A stretch of 64,000 nucleotides of DNA from Pseudovirgaria hyperparasitica (taxonomy: Eukaryota), in assembly GCA_010093815.1 (NCBI GenBank), contig ML996588.1; one strand, 5' to 3'. Every line of letters begins with the position of its first letter. The stretch's first letter is position 1. A program made the translations under genes and the position numbers. The notes beneath the pieces are model-generated. The model saw only the letters and a program-made list of their open reading frames with translations. It made no database searches and was not told where the DNA came from. Of this stretch, positions 50,201 to 62,640 are shown piece by piece.

Positions 50201-53200
50201 GCTAGCCGCGCTCCTCGTATGCAGAGGATACCCTGTGGACTTGGCCAACGTCAACTTTCCAAAGGGTTTACACGGTCTGAAAGCCCTGCCTAGTCTTCCA
50301 TCGTATCCTTGGAACCACACCACTAAGTTCTGGGCCGAGCCTCGTGTAAGTCGAGAGCATAGGTTCAGAAAACATGCTTCGCACGACCTGCTCGGCGTCC
50401 GGGTCCCCGGTGCTAACCCGTTCTCTCCTTCATGGCGGCACATTATCCGAACAGGTGATATTCCCTGGGTACGCGATCACGAAGTGCAGTCGAATATCGT
50501 TTATCCGGGCGCTGGATGTATCGCAATGGCCATTGAAGCCATGCGTCAGCTGTCTTTGGATGAGGGCAAGACCATTACTGGCTACAATCTTCGTGATATA
50601 CAAATCACCAGGGCGCTAGTGATTCCTGACACGCCTGAAGGGATCGAAGTGCAGCTAACACTCTCGGCACCAGACGACAAAGCCTTGATGGGGGATTGGC
50701 GCAATTTCCATGTCTACTCCGCGCTCTCCAATGGCGAGTGGGCCGAGAATTGCAGCGGATACATCGCCGTCGCGGTAGAGCATGTGCGCAATTCTATCAA
50801 CAACATCCCTCCTGAAGCATCAAAAGGCCATCTCACAAGCTCTGTGGAGCCTAGTGCTCTATTTAAAAAATTACACCAGGCTGGCGTACGTCATGGTCCT
50901 TCGTTCCAGAACCTTATGACAATTGAAGTCGGACATAGCAAGTCGAGGGCAACATTCAAAGTACCTGATACAGCATCCCTGATGCCATCGAACTATCAAA
51001 GCCGTCATGTGATACATCCTATCACTTTAGACGCCGTGTTCCAGGTCGCTTATTCCACTTTGACCGTGGAGCAGCAAGATAGGGTCGGGGCTGCGGTACC
51101 AAGATCTATCACAACAATGTACATCTCGGAAGAGATCAACAGTAATCCCGGTGATGTACTTATAGCTTGCTCAGATCTCTTGCATGTAGATCGTCAGGGA
51201 TTTGAAACAAGTATACTGGTGACAGGCACAGATTCAGTGGCACCACTTCTGCAGATAGGCGATATGCACTACCGCAGTCTCGGGTTGAGTCTTGAGTCCC
51301 AAGATGAAGAAGAGGTAGACCTTTGCTTGACAGTCAACTGGGTCCCTAGTCTCGATCATGGCGATCTGCAAGAGCTGCATGGGACGTTGTCATATGCAGT
51401 CGATATCGACGAGAAGATTATAGGAGAAGACTTGACTCGAGCGACTTATCACTTCATTCATGACACTATCAATGCCCTGAGCGATGAAGATATCTCCGGC
51501 CTAAAGTCCCATCACGCAACATGGCTGGATTGGATGCGCCGTATCGAAGCGCAAGCTATGAACAATGAGCTTGCTCCTAAAAGCTCTAAATGGCCCGAAA
51601 CCAGCGATGGTGTCAAACAGATGCTCTACGACCGAGTTGCTTCTCACAGCGTCAATGGGCAGATGCTTGTACGTCTTGGGAAGCATTTCGTCAATATCAT
51701 GCGCAACAAAGTCGAACCTTTGGAGATCATGATGGAGGGCCAACTGTTATACAAATTTTATCGTGAGATGTTACATTTTACTCGGTCCATCCTGCAAGCT
51801 GTGGAGCTACTAAAAGTCTATTCTCGGCAGCATCCCTGTGCCAATATCCTGGAGATAGGCGCCGGAACCGGGTCATGTACAGGACCTGCCTTATACGCTC
51901 TTGGTGGCAATACGGATAACTCGAAACCTCAATTCGCACATTACGAATTTACAGATATTTCCTCTGGGTTCTTCGGTGAGGCAAGAAAGAACTTTGCTGC
52001 CTGGGGCGATCTTGTCACTTACCGGACGCTTGACATCGAAAAGAGCCCTGAAGAACAATCCTTCCAGCTTGCGACGTACGATGTTATCATAGCATGCCTG
52101 GTCTTGCATGCAACAAAAGATATTGACAATACGATGAGGAATGTCAGAAGTCTACTCAAACCTGGTGGCAAGTTGATTCTTGTTGAGACTACACAAGACT
52201 CAATCGACGTAAATATGATATTCGGCTCACTGCCTGGCTGGTGGCTCAGTAGGTCACTGTCGCTGCATATTTAATGAAATCTGCTGACCCCATCTGAAGG
52301 TCAGGAGTCGGAGCGAAAGCATAGCCCCAACCTTAATCTTGACATGTGGAAAGACGTACTCCCGCGAACGGGCTTTTCCGGAATTGACTTCGATGTTTGG
52401 GACTGCGAAGATGCCAAGCATCGATCAATGAGCGTTATACTATCCACGGCAGTCCCGGAGAACGTTGTTCAATTCCCGACGAAGATCTCTCTGATACACA
52501 GTGACGATACTCCGCCTGAAGCTTGGCTACGGACACTCTGTGACGCTTTCCAGAAGGTAACGGGTAGTGTGCCCATGATAGAACGGCTGGAGGACTTGAG
52601 ATCTGACGGTAAAGCTTGTGTGTTTGTCACTGAGATGTCTACGCCCACCTTGAGTAAGATGAATGAGACTCAATTTGAGGCTATCAAGGGCATGGTTGGA
52701 AATTCTAAGGGCTTACTCTGGGTCACAAGGGGCGCGACCGGAGGTTGTGTCAATCCAGAGCTGAGTTTACACTCTGGACTACTACGTGTGAGAAGGGTCG
52801 AGGATGCAGCGAAGAAGTACATCTCCCTCGATCTCGACCCGTCAGAGGAAACCTTTACAGTCGCCAACGCACACCATATCGCGAGCATTTTCAGGCACAC
52901 TTTTGATGAAAGTCGCGCCGGTGACGAGATAGAGACCGAGTATGCAACCAGGGCGTCACGTGTACTCATACCTCGTGTTCGCTTCAGCCGCCCCGAAAGT
53001 GAAGACGCGCTCAATCCAAAGGATCGCCCGGCTGAGCTACAGCCCTTCCAGCGACCTGACCGTAGATTACGCATGTTCGTAGACACGCCTGGTTCTCTGG
53101 ACAGTATCTTGTTCAAGACTGATCCTCAAGACGATGATTATCTGCCCTGCAACTTCGTTGAGATCGAAGGCAAGGCATTTGGCCTCAATTTCCGTGATGT

Positions 53201-55337
53201 CATGGTAGCGATGGGGCAGCTGAAGGAGAAGAACATGGGCTTCGAATGTGGCGGCGTTATCACTCGAGTCGGCTCTGCAGTCTCAGACTTCGAGGTCGGC
53301 GACCGCGTCTGCGCTCTTACGGCTCATGGTCACTGGGCCAGTCGAAGTCGTGTTCCATCAACCTCTTGTGCTCGGATCCCCCCTTCGATGAGCTTTGAAA
53401 CTGCAGCCTCCATTCCCATGGTCTTCCTTACGGCGTATTATTCACTGTTCGAGGCTGGACGGCTAGAGAGAGGTGAATCGGTTCTGATACATGCCGCTTC
53501 TGGTGGTGTTGGTCAAGCTGCTATCATGCTCGCTTCATTGAAGGGTGCAGAAATATTTGCTACTGTTTCGACAAAAGAGAAGCGCGAATTCCTTAAGCAT
53601 ACGTACCATTTGGATGACGATCACATATTTTCAAGTCGTACTGCTTCGTTCGCGACGGACCTCAAGGTGGCGACTGGTGGAAGGGGTGTCGACATCGTCC
53701 TCAACTCTCTCGCCGGTAAGCTCCTGGACGAAAGCTGGCATTGCTTAGCCCCATATGGCCGTTTCATTGAGCTTGGCAAAAGGGATATCCAGTCGAACAA
53801 ACGACTAGAGATGCAGCCATTCGGCACCGCAGTTTCTTTTGTGGCATTCGACCTGATACACCTAAGCGACTACAGACCCGCAGTCGTTTCTCGCATGCTG
53901 AATCATATCCTGCAGCTTCTAGGAGAAGGACTGATAACCACAATCTCACCAATTAAAGTGTCCCCTATCTCGGACATCGTCCGCGCGTTTCGTACGATGC
54001 AGGCTGGTAAGCACGTCGGAAAGATTGTGCTCCGTGTTGGAGAGGAAGATGTAGTATCGGTAAGCACATCTTAGATGAACCCGACGAAGTGGCTAATTAG
54101 AAAACAGGCAGTGCCAGATTGCAAGCATACACGGTTGTCACCGGATGTAACCTACCTTCTCGTCGGGGGTGTCGGAGGCATTGGTCGTTCACTGGCCCGC
54201 TGGTTCGTGGCCCATGGAGCGCGCTACCTTCTTCTGCTATCGCGCAATGCTGCTTCTAGATCCGAGTCTGAGCAGCTCATCGAATCACTCAAGGCCGATG
54301 GCTGTATAGTCTTGGTCAAGAACTGCGATATCGCGGATAAAGAAAGCCTTGCCACTGTTGTGCGGGACTGTGGTACAGTTCTTCCTCCTATCAAAGGACT
54401 TGTACAGGGAGCAATGGTCCTTCAGGTAAGCAAAGTTAAATCATTCTGCGTTCAGCTCGTTTCTCTTTCCCCCGTATCGTATCTGACCTTCTCCCAGGAT
54501 TCTATATGGGAACGAATGACCTTTGCGAAGTGGCGGGCGGCAGTCTCCCCGAAAGTGGCTGGTTCGTATAACCTGCACGCCCAGTTTGCGGACTCTCTCG
54601 ACTTCTTCATCATGCTCTCCTCAGTTGCCGGTTTCATTGGGAATGCGAGTCAGGCGAATTATGCGGCTGGTAATACCTACCAAGATGCTCTTGCCCGCCA
54701 CCGCACCTCGTTGAACCTTCCTGCGGTATCCATCGACCTCGGTCTGGTCAAGGAGATTGGCTACGTATCCGAAAATAAAGAGCTAGGCGAGCGCCTCCTC
54801 AGGGACGGTCACCGCGCCCTCGAAGAGAAGGAGGTCCTTGACCTTGTTTCAGCTGCTATACGTAATCCATACCGCGCTCTCAACGCAAGTCAAATCATTA
54901 CTGGCCTTCTTCCAATCGCCGTGCCGCAGCAGACTCAAACTGGGTGGCGCGCCGATCCACGTTTTGTTGGTCTGAAGCAGCAGGCACGTTCCAAAAGTGG
55001 TATGTGCCAGGGCTATAATACTGCCACGGGTACCATCACGCTTAGTCTGAAGGACCAGATAGGCGGGGCCGAATCAGAGATTGATGCGGTGAATGTCCTC
55101 ACGCGTGCTATCGTGGCGAAGCTCGCAGAGATGTTTCTGATCCCAGAGGTAGATATAGATGTTTCGTTGCCTCTGGCGAAGTACGGCGTGGACTCACTAG
55201 TGGCGGTGGAGATGCGGAATTGGCTGGTTGCGGCTACACGGTGTGAGGTATCGATCTTCGACATCCTGGGATGTAGTAGCCTGAGAGAATTGGCTGGGAA
55301 GGTTTCCGGGAGGTGTAAAGCCTTAGGAAAGAAGTAG
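47240..55337 (+). CDS. Highly reducing iterative type I PKS (KS-AT-DH-CMeT-ER-KR-ACP), no release domain
   Basis: [47 protein letters not shown]. CMe[47 protein letters not shown] shortly before the stop. About seven GT-AG introns; no frameshift seen. Confidence 0.96.
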
Positions 55338-55460
55338 AGCGATATACATTCCTAAATTTTTAGTATTATATAGATTTATAACTATCCGAATAGTAAATTA
55401 CTCTTCTTAATGTTTATAGAGTATTATATAAGTCTTAAATTATATACTTATTATTAGCTA

Positions 55461-55858
55461 TAATAATAATAATAGTATTATTATATAACTAGATAGAGTA
55501 GTTTCTACTCTATAGATATATACCTTCTCTAGTCTAAGCTATTATATAAGAAGAAACCTTTAAAGAAAAAAATCCCTTCTCTCTATAACTATATCTTATT
55601 AAGTCTTTATATCTTCTAAGGTATATAGCTATTAGATATATCTATAGATCTATAATCTATATTACTATTATTTTATTCTTAAATAGTATATATAGAGTAT
55701 ATAGATTATTAGTTAAGGGTTACCCTTAACTAATAATTAGAGTTCTTCTAGAGTTCTTCTAGTATATACTAGGGTCTATCTAGTATATATCTAGTTTCTT
55801 CTAGTATATATATCTAGATCTACTAGTATTAAGGAAGTAGAAGATATATAAGTATCTA
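55461..55858 (-). mobile_element. (AAT)n-tailed repeat end, copy 1 (probable non-LTR retroelement 3' end)
   Basis: About 380 bp align by eye with 57013-57393. Both copies follow an (AAT)n tract and contain the same hairpin (55705-55737). Confidence 0.6.
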
Positions 55859-56810
55859 TAAAAAAACTTCTTATACTCTAAGGGACTAAAACTAGTTAAT
55901 TTAGGGTAATATAGTAATCTATATATATTAATTAATAGAGTATACTAAGTATAATAACCTTTAATCTATATATATAGTATATAATATATAATAGTACTAA
56001 TATATAGAGATACTATATATATATACTTAAAAACTCTTTAGAGTAGTAAGTATAGACTACTACTAATAAATACTAATATACTAACTCTCTTTTATTAGTT
56101 AAGAGTAGTTCTTAACTAATAATTATAGTAGCCTTAGATACTAATATACTCTAGCTTCTACTAGGTATACCCCTACTATTAATATAATAGAAATAGCTAT
56201 ATAGTAGTATATTCTAGAATAACTAATCTACTATCTAAAAAATAAAAAATAACTAAGAGTATAAAATACTATAGATAACTAGAATAGAGAGAACTCTACT
56301 TAGAGATACTCTTATAGATAAGATTAAATACTAGATAATATATATATAGAGAGAGAGATTAAGAAAGAAGAGACTACTCTTCTTAATATCTTCTAGAGTC
56401 TAGTCTAGAATATTAAAGAACTTATTATAGAAGTAAAATAGATACTAAAAGTAAATCTAGAGTCTAGACTAGACTAAATTAAGACTAGTCTACTAAGAAT
56501 CTAGAAAGACCTTATCTAGAAGAAATATCTAACTACTTAAATATAAGTTATAGTACTATTAAATAGTATAATTAGAATAATCTAAATACTAAGAATATCT
56601 ATAAAAGAAGTATATAATATATAGATTATTATTTAGAATAAAGAAATTCTTATATAGGTCTAGAAGGTATCTCTAAAGAATATTATTAATAAGATTAATA
56701 AATAAAAAGAAATATAGTTAAATATAATTATAGCTAAACTTACTCTAGAAGATATAATACTAACTACTACTATTAATATAGTCTAGTAGACTATCTTCTA
56801 TAATCTAAAT

Positions 56811-56815
<5 letters not shown>

Positions 56816-56908
<93 letters not shown>

Positions 56909-56918
56909 NNNNNNNNNN

Positions 56919-57012
<94 letters not shown>
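56816..57012. repeat. (AAT)n microsatellite spanning an assembly gap (N at 56909-56918)
   Basis: Read directly from the sequence; true length unknown. Confidence 0.98.
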
Positions 57013-57013
<1 letters not shown>

Positions 57014-57393
57014 TTATATAACTAGGTAGAGTAGTTTACTCTATAGATATATATCTTCTCTAGTCTAAGCTATTATATAAGAAGAAACCTTTATAAAAGG
57101 AAAAACTCTCTTCTTTCTATAACTATATCTTATAAAGTCTCTATATTATCTTAAGTATATAGCTATTAAGAATATCTATAGATCTATAATCTATAGTACT
57201 ATTATTTTTACCCTTAGATAGTATATATAGAGTATAGGGGTTATTAGTTAAGGGTTACCCTTTAACTAATAATTAGAGTTCTTCTAGAGTTCTTCCGGCG
57301 TATACTAGGGTCTATCTAGTATATATCTAGTTATATCTAATATATATATCTAGATCTATTAGTATTAGGGGAGAGAGAGATATATAAATATCT
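57013..57393 (-). mobile_element. (AAT)n-tailed repeat end, copy 2
   Basis: Diverged direct copy of 55481-55858. Confidence 0.6.
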
Positions 57394-57417
57394 ACTAGGC
57401 GATCTTCTTAGAATACT

Positions 57418-60400
57418 TATTAAGCTACTATATAATATTAGAGGTCCTTATTATATAGATAAGTAATTATCTCTATATATAGAGGTCCGGGTATATTATA
57501 AGATAGTATTATATTATATATCTCTAGCTATATACTTTATACTATAGAGACCTCCCTTATTAAACTTACTATATTCTATAAATACTCTTACGTCTATATA
57601 TATATCGTATTTCTATAATATTAAGTTTAATTCTATTTTACTCTCTAAGTACTTTACTATAGACTTTAGAGATAATATATAGAGTAATACTAGAGGCGAG
57701 CCGGGCTAAGACCTAGGTCTAAATACTAGGTTATAAAGCGCTAAAGAGATAATCTTTAATCTATTATAGCGCTAGTAAGCTCTTAAATAAGAGATTCTTA
57801 CTATAAGAAACTAAGTCTTCTAGAATTAATTAAGCTCTACTATAAATAAACTACTAAAGTCTCTACTTAAAAAGATAACCTTAACTCTATAAACTAACTA
57901 GGAACTATTAGGACCTAGGGACTAGAAACCGCCCTTCTAGAATAGTAAAGTAGCTACCTTCTAAGACTATCTATTATAGTTATATAGCTTCTATAAGATA
58001 TAATCCACGCTTAAGCTAAAGCTATCTCTAGATTACTACTAGAACGCTATCTATAATACTCTACTAGCTTATAAGAGAAACTAAATATAATACTTCTAGG
58101 AAAGAGGAGACTCTATAAAAGGTAAGAACCCTAAAGCCTTCTTTATATAACTTAAGTATATATTTACGGATAGTAATAAGAAGGCTAAGGCCTTAGAAAA
58201 GCTTTTATTACTTAAATATATAAATAGCTAATCTTAGTATAAATACTAACTTAAATTTAATAGGCTTCTACTAAGCGCTAATAGAGATAACTAGAAAGAT
58301 AGTATAAAAATTAGCTATCTCTAAAATATCTTCTTAAACCCTACTTATATATATATAGTCTCTATACTAAGAATTATAGACTACTATAGCTTCACGGAAG
58401 AGGTTAAGAGAATTATAATAAACTTAGAAGATACTAAGTAGTTTAAGGTAGCTAATAAGAAGTAGAAAAAGAATATAGTTACTATAATAAAAAGCATAGT
58501 AGCTATAAGATTATATAAGTATTATACTATAGCTAAAAAGAATAAAGATAGAGATACTATTATAGACTCTATATATATAAGTAGAGACTAGAAGAAAGAA
58601 TCTAGATTCTACTATAAGACGGAGGAGATACTAAAGGTAAAGTAGATTAACTAAGTAGAAAGGGATAGATACTAGAAAGAAGGGCTCTACTTCCGTTATA
58701 GAGTATTAGAATACTAGATTAAAGACTATCTATATACTAATCCCTCCTTAACCTCTAAAAGAATTATAAAGATTAATTAAGTTAAAATTATACCTCTATT
58801 AGAGATTAAAGATAATCTTATAGATTCTAGTAATAAGTACTTAGAAAATATATAACTCTCTCTTAAAGTTAAGAGTAGAGAGTAGAGAATATACTAGTAG
58901 ATAGATAGATTAAGTTCTAAAGTATAATAGATAGAAACCTTATATATATGGACGTAGTCCTCTAAAAAGCTATTAGGACTTTTATACTTATTAATAAAGA
59001 CTACTAGTACTATACTATAATTTAAGAAGATCTAATAGAAGGTCTAGGACTCCCCTATATAAATTATATAAAGTATATAATTAAGGGAGTAATAGATACT
59101 ATAAATAACTCTAAAATTTAGGGAGTTATCGCGTTTTATATAGAGATAGATAATTATAGATAAGATATCTATACTTATATAGTATCTAACTTAGTCTTCC
59201 CGCTTATCCTTAGAAACCCTTAGAAAGTATATAATAAGATATAGACCGCGCCCGATAAGCGATAGTACTACTATAGCTAAGTAAAGTAATAGATAGACGA
59301 AGGTCTTAACTACTATAAGCTAGAGACCGCTAAAGAGTAGACGGACCCTATAAAAGAATATAAGAACTCTAAAGAGACTCTTATAGTAAATATAGTATCT
59401 ATAGAGAATATCTATAAGGCGCTAGAGAAGAAGAAAGAGCTATTACTAGAATAGATACGGAAGATACTACCCCTATAACTCTAGAATATAGCTCTACTAT
59501 TTTCTAAAAGGAAAGTAGATAAACTTACGCCGTACTAACTAGAGATTAATTATAAAATTAAGATATATAAGAAAGCGGATAGAATACTAATAGACTTACT
59601 ATAGGGGCGGCTATTTAGTATAGTAAAGAACGAGCTCCTTATACTAGTAAAACTTCTAAGAGACCTCCTAGTAAAAGGGCTAATTTAGTATACTATATTA
59701 GAAGCTACGGCCTCTATATTATTTATAAGAAAGTCTAGCGGAGGACTCTAGTTCTATTATAACTACTACGCCTTAAATACTATTACTAAGCCTAACTAAT
59801 ACCCCTTACTACTAATACTAGAGACTCTCTAAAATCTAATAGACGCTAAATAGTTAACTAAGGTAGACGTTATTACCGCCTTCTACTAGATCTATATAGC
59901 CTCTAGCTATAAATATAAGATAGCGTTTAGAACTCGGCTAGGGTTATTTAAATAGATAGTATATCTATTCGGGTTATTAGGGGCTCTAGTAACCTTCTAA
60001 TAGTATATTAACTCCTTACTATAAGAATAGCTAGACGACTTTACTTTAGTCTATATAGATAATATAATTATCTACTTAAATAGGTCGAAGGAAGACTACT
60101 TTAGTAAAGTATATATTATTCTTTAGAAGCTCTAGAACGGAGGCCTCTACCTAGACCCTAGGAAAAGTAAGTTTACTTATAAAAAGATTAAGTATCTTAG
60201 ATTTATTATATATACTAATAGAAAAGATATAGACTCTAACCTAGAGAAGCTAGAAGTAGTAAAGGACTAGTAGAAGCTAAATACCTAGAAGGAAGTATAA
60301 CGGTTCCTTAGATTCTATAACTACTACTAGATATTTATTATAAACTATTCTAAGCTAGCCGGGCCTCTTACGGCGCTTACTAGTAAGAATACTCTATTCT

Positions 60401-62640
60401 TCTAGAGAAAGAATAAGGAAGAGTTATTCTAGACCCTAAAGAAGAAGTTCTTAGAGACCCTAGTTATAGTATACTAGGACCCTCGTTAGAAGACGTTTCT
60501 TAAGATAGACTATAGTAGGTTCGCGCTTAGAGAAGTACTACTTTAGAAAAATAAAGGAACTCTTAGATCTATTAGGTTTTTCTTATAGAAGCTAAATAAA
60601 GTAGAGATTAACTATAATATCTATAATAAGGAGATACTCGCTATAATCTTCTACTTAAAGTTCTAGAACTCTAAGTTAAAAGCGTATAGTCCCTTTACTA
60701 TATAGATAGACTATAAGAATCTTAAATACTTTATAATAAAGTATTATCTATTAGAATACTAAATATAGTAGTATAAAACCTTATCTAAGTACTAGTTCTC
60801 TCTAGTTTACTAACCGGGATCTAAAGCGGTTATCTCTAACACTCTATTAAGATAGAAATAAGATATACTTAGAGTAGATAATAAAGAGTCTAGGTTCCGT
60901 AGGTTTCTAGACCCTAAGAATATAAAAGATTAGCTAGTCCCTAAGATAAGGCTATTAGCGGCCTATACTATTAACTTACTATTTAAAGATATATTACTAG
61001 AGACTAAGTCTACCTATAAAGAGCTAGCTTCCCTAGAATCTTTCTAGAACTACTCTCTAAATAATCTATAGGCTATAATAATAGAAAAGAACTTAATATA
61101 CTAAACTATACTCTATATAGTAATAGAAGAAGTATAGTTATTTCTAAGTAAGATAAAGCTAAAAGTCTAAGTAGTAGATTATAGTATTAGCTTAGAGGGC
61201 TACCTTAACTACTATAGAAAATTATAGATACTAGGCGCGAAGGTAACTACGGAAGCTAAGTATAAAGTACTAGAGCCTAGTAAGTTAGAAGGGGATATTC
61301 TTTAGACTAAGCTTATCTAGTCTATATACGACTTACTACTCTATAGCTATCTAGACTAAGATTCTACCGCTTCTATACTAGTATAAAGCTTCTACTAGCC
61401 GCTATAGGTAAGATATATAAGATAGTTTCTATAAAATTATAACTACTATAGATAGAATAAGGTATAGTAGAAATAAAAATACGGACTTCTAAAGCCTTTT
61501 CTAGTCCCTAATTATTTCTTCTAGAAGATCTTAATAGACTTTATTACTAACCTACCCGGCTTAGAAGGGAACCGCTACTTATAGATTATTAAAGACCGCC
61601 TAAGTAAGACTATAGTATTATAAGTAATATCTACTATAAAGGTAGAGAAATACGCTAAGACGTTTATAGATTACTAGGTAAGGTACTACGGTATACCCTT
61701 AGTAATAATAAGTAATTAAGAAATAAACTAGACTAGCTATTTCTAGAAGACCTTTTATAGTCTTACTAGAGTAATCTAAAGACTAAGCTCTATATACTAT
61801 CCTTAAATAGATAGAGGCCTAGAGAGAATAAACTAGAAGATATAGAGCTACTTACGAAACTTTATTAATTAGGAATAGTCTAATTAGAAAACCTAGCTTC
61901 TAACTACGTAACTAGTACTAAACGCACGCTACTAAGTAGAGCTAGAAATAAGTCTATTCTTTACTATCTATAGATATAATCTACTATCCTCTATACCTCT
62001 ATAGATAGAAGCTAACTCTAGTTCCTCGCTCTCTACTAAATAAAGAGCGGAAACCTTTATAAAAAAGATAAAGAATATTACTAAGCTATATTAAGTAAAT
62101 ATAGCGGAGGCTATCTAAAAGTAAGAGAAGTCTATAAATAGAAAGTAAACTCTAGTACTAGTATACTATATAGAAGATAAAGTATAGCTTAATTTAAGAA
62201 ACTATATAATAAGTTAACTAAAGAAGAACCTAGACTTAAAGCACGCGAAATATACTATAGATAAAGTTCTATTATTAGTATCTATTAGACTAAGGGGACT
62301 TCCTAGTAATATCTACCTAGTATTCTATATAGATCTACTTAGACTAGCTAGCGAAGACCCTCTATCTAGATAGAAGACTAATAATAAATAACTAGACTCT
62401 ATACTTATTAAGATATATAAAGAGTAGTAAATTAAAGAGATACTATATACTAGAAATAAAGGGCGAGGATAGAGAAGAGAAGTCCTAGTAAAATAGGCCG
62501 GATACTATAATCTAATATAGGAACCCTTAGTAAATCTAATAGATACTACTATATTAGATAAGTTTAAATAGAAGTTTAGACCTACTAAGATAAATAATAG
62601 TCTACTAGAGTAGTAGACTATAAAGAAAAAGAAGGTATCT
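57418..62640 (+). mobile_element. RIP-inactivated Ty3/gypsy chromovirus (gag-PR-RT-RH-IN-chromodomain)
   Basis: Mentally reversing RIP gives a CCHC knuckle at ~58682-58732, GLRFC.DYRALN at ~59740-59780, YMDD (tat ata gat aat) at 60052-60063, NY.I.DKEMLA at ~60610, MDFITDLP at ~61535 and a chromodomain (VLVKWAGY..PTWEP) at ~62420-62530. Putative 5' LTR ~57418-57620; boundaries approximate. Confidence 0.9.

Noticed and set aside
47240..55337. Fragmented ORFs in the PKS and other cluster genes as frameshifts or pseudogenes
   Set aside because: The breaks I examined coincide with short GT...AG introns, most with CTRAC/CTAAT-like branch sites, and splicing restores the conserved motifs.
56816..57012. 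Telomere or CRISPR-like array
   Set aside because: Simple (AAT)n with no spacers and not TTAGGG; the Ns are an assembly gap.
55481..57393. The two ~380-bp direct repeats as the LTR pair of one retrotransposon
   Set aside because: They are only ~1.1 kb apart, each follows an (AAT)n tract, and no gag-pol remnant was recognised between them.
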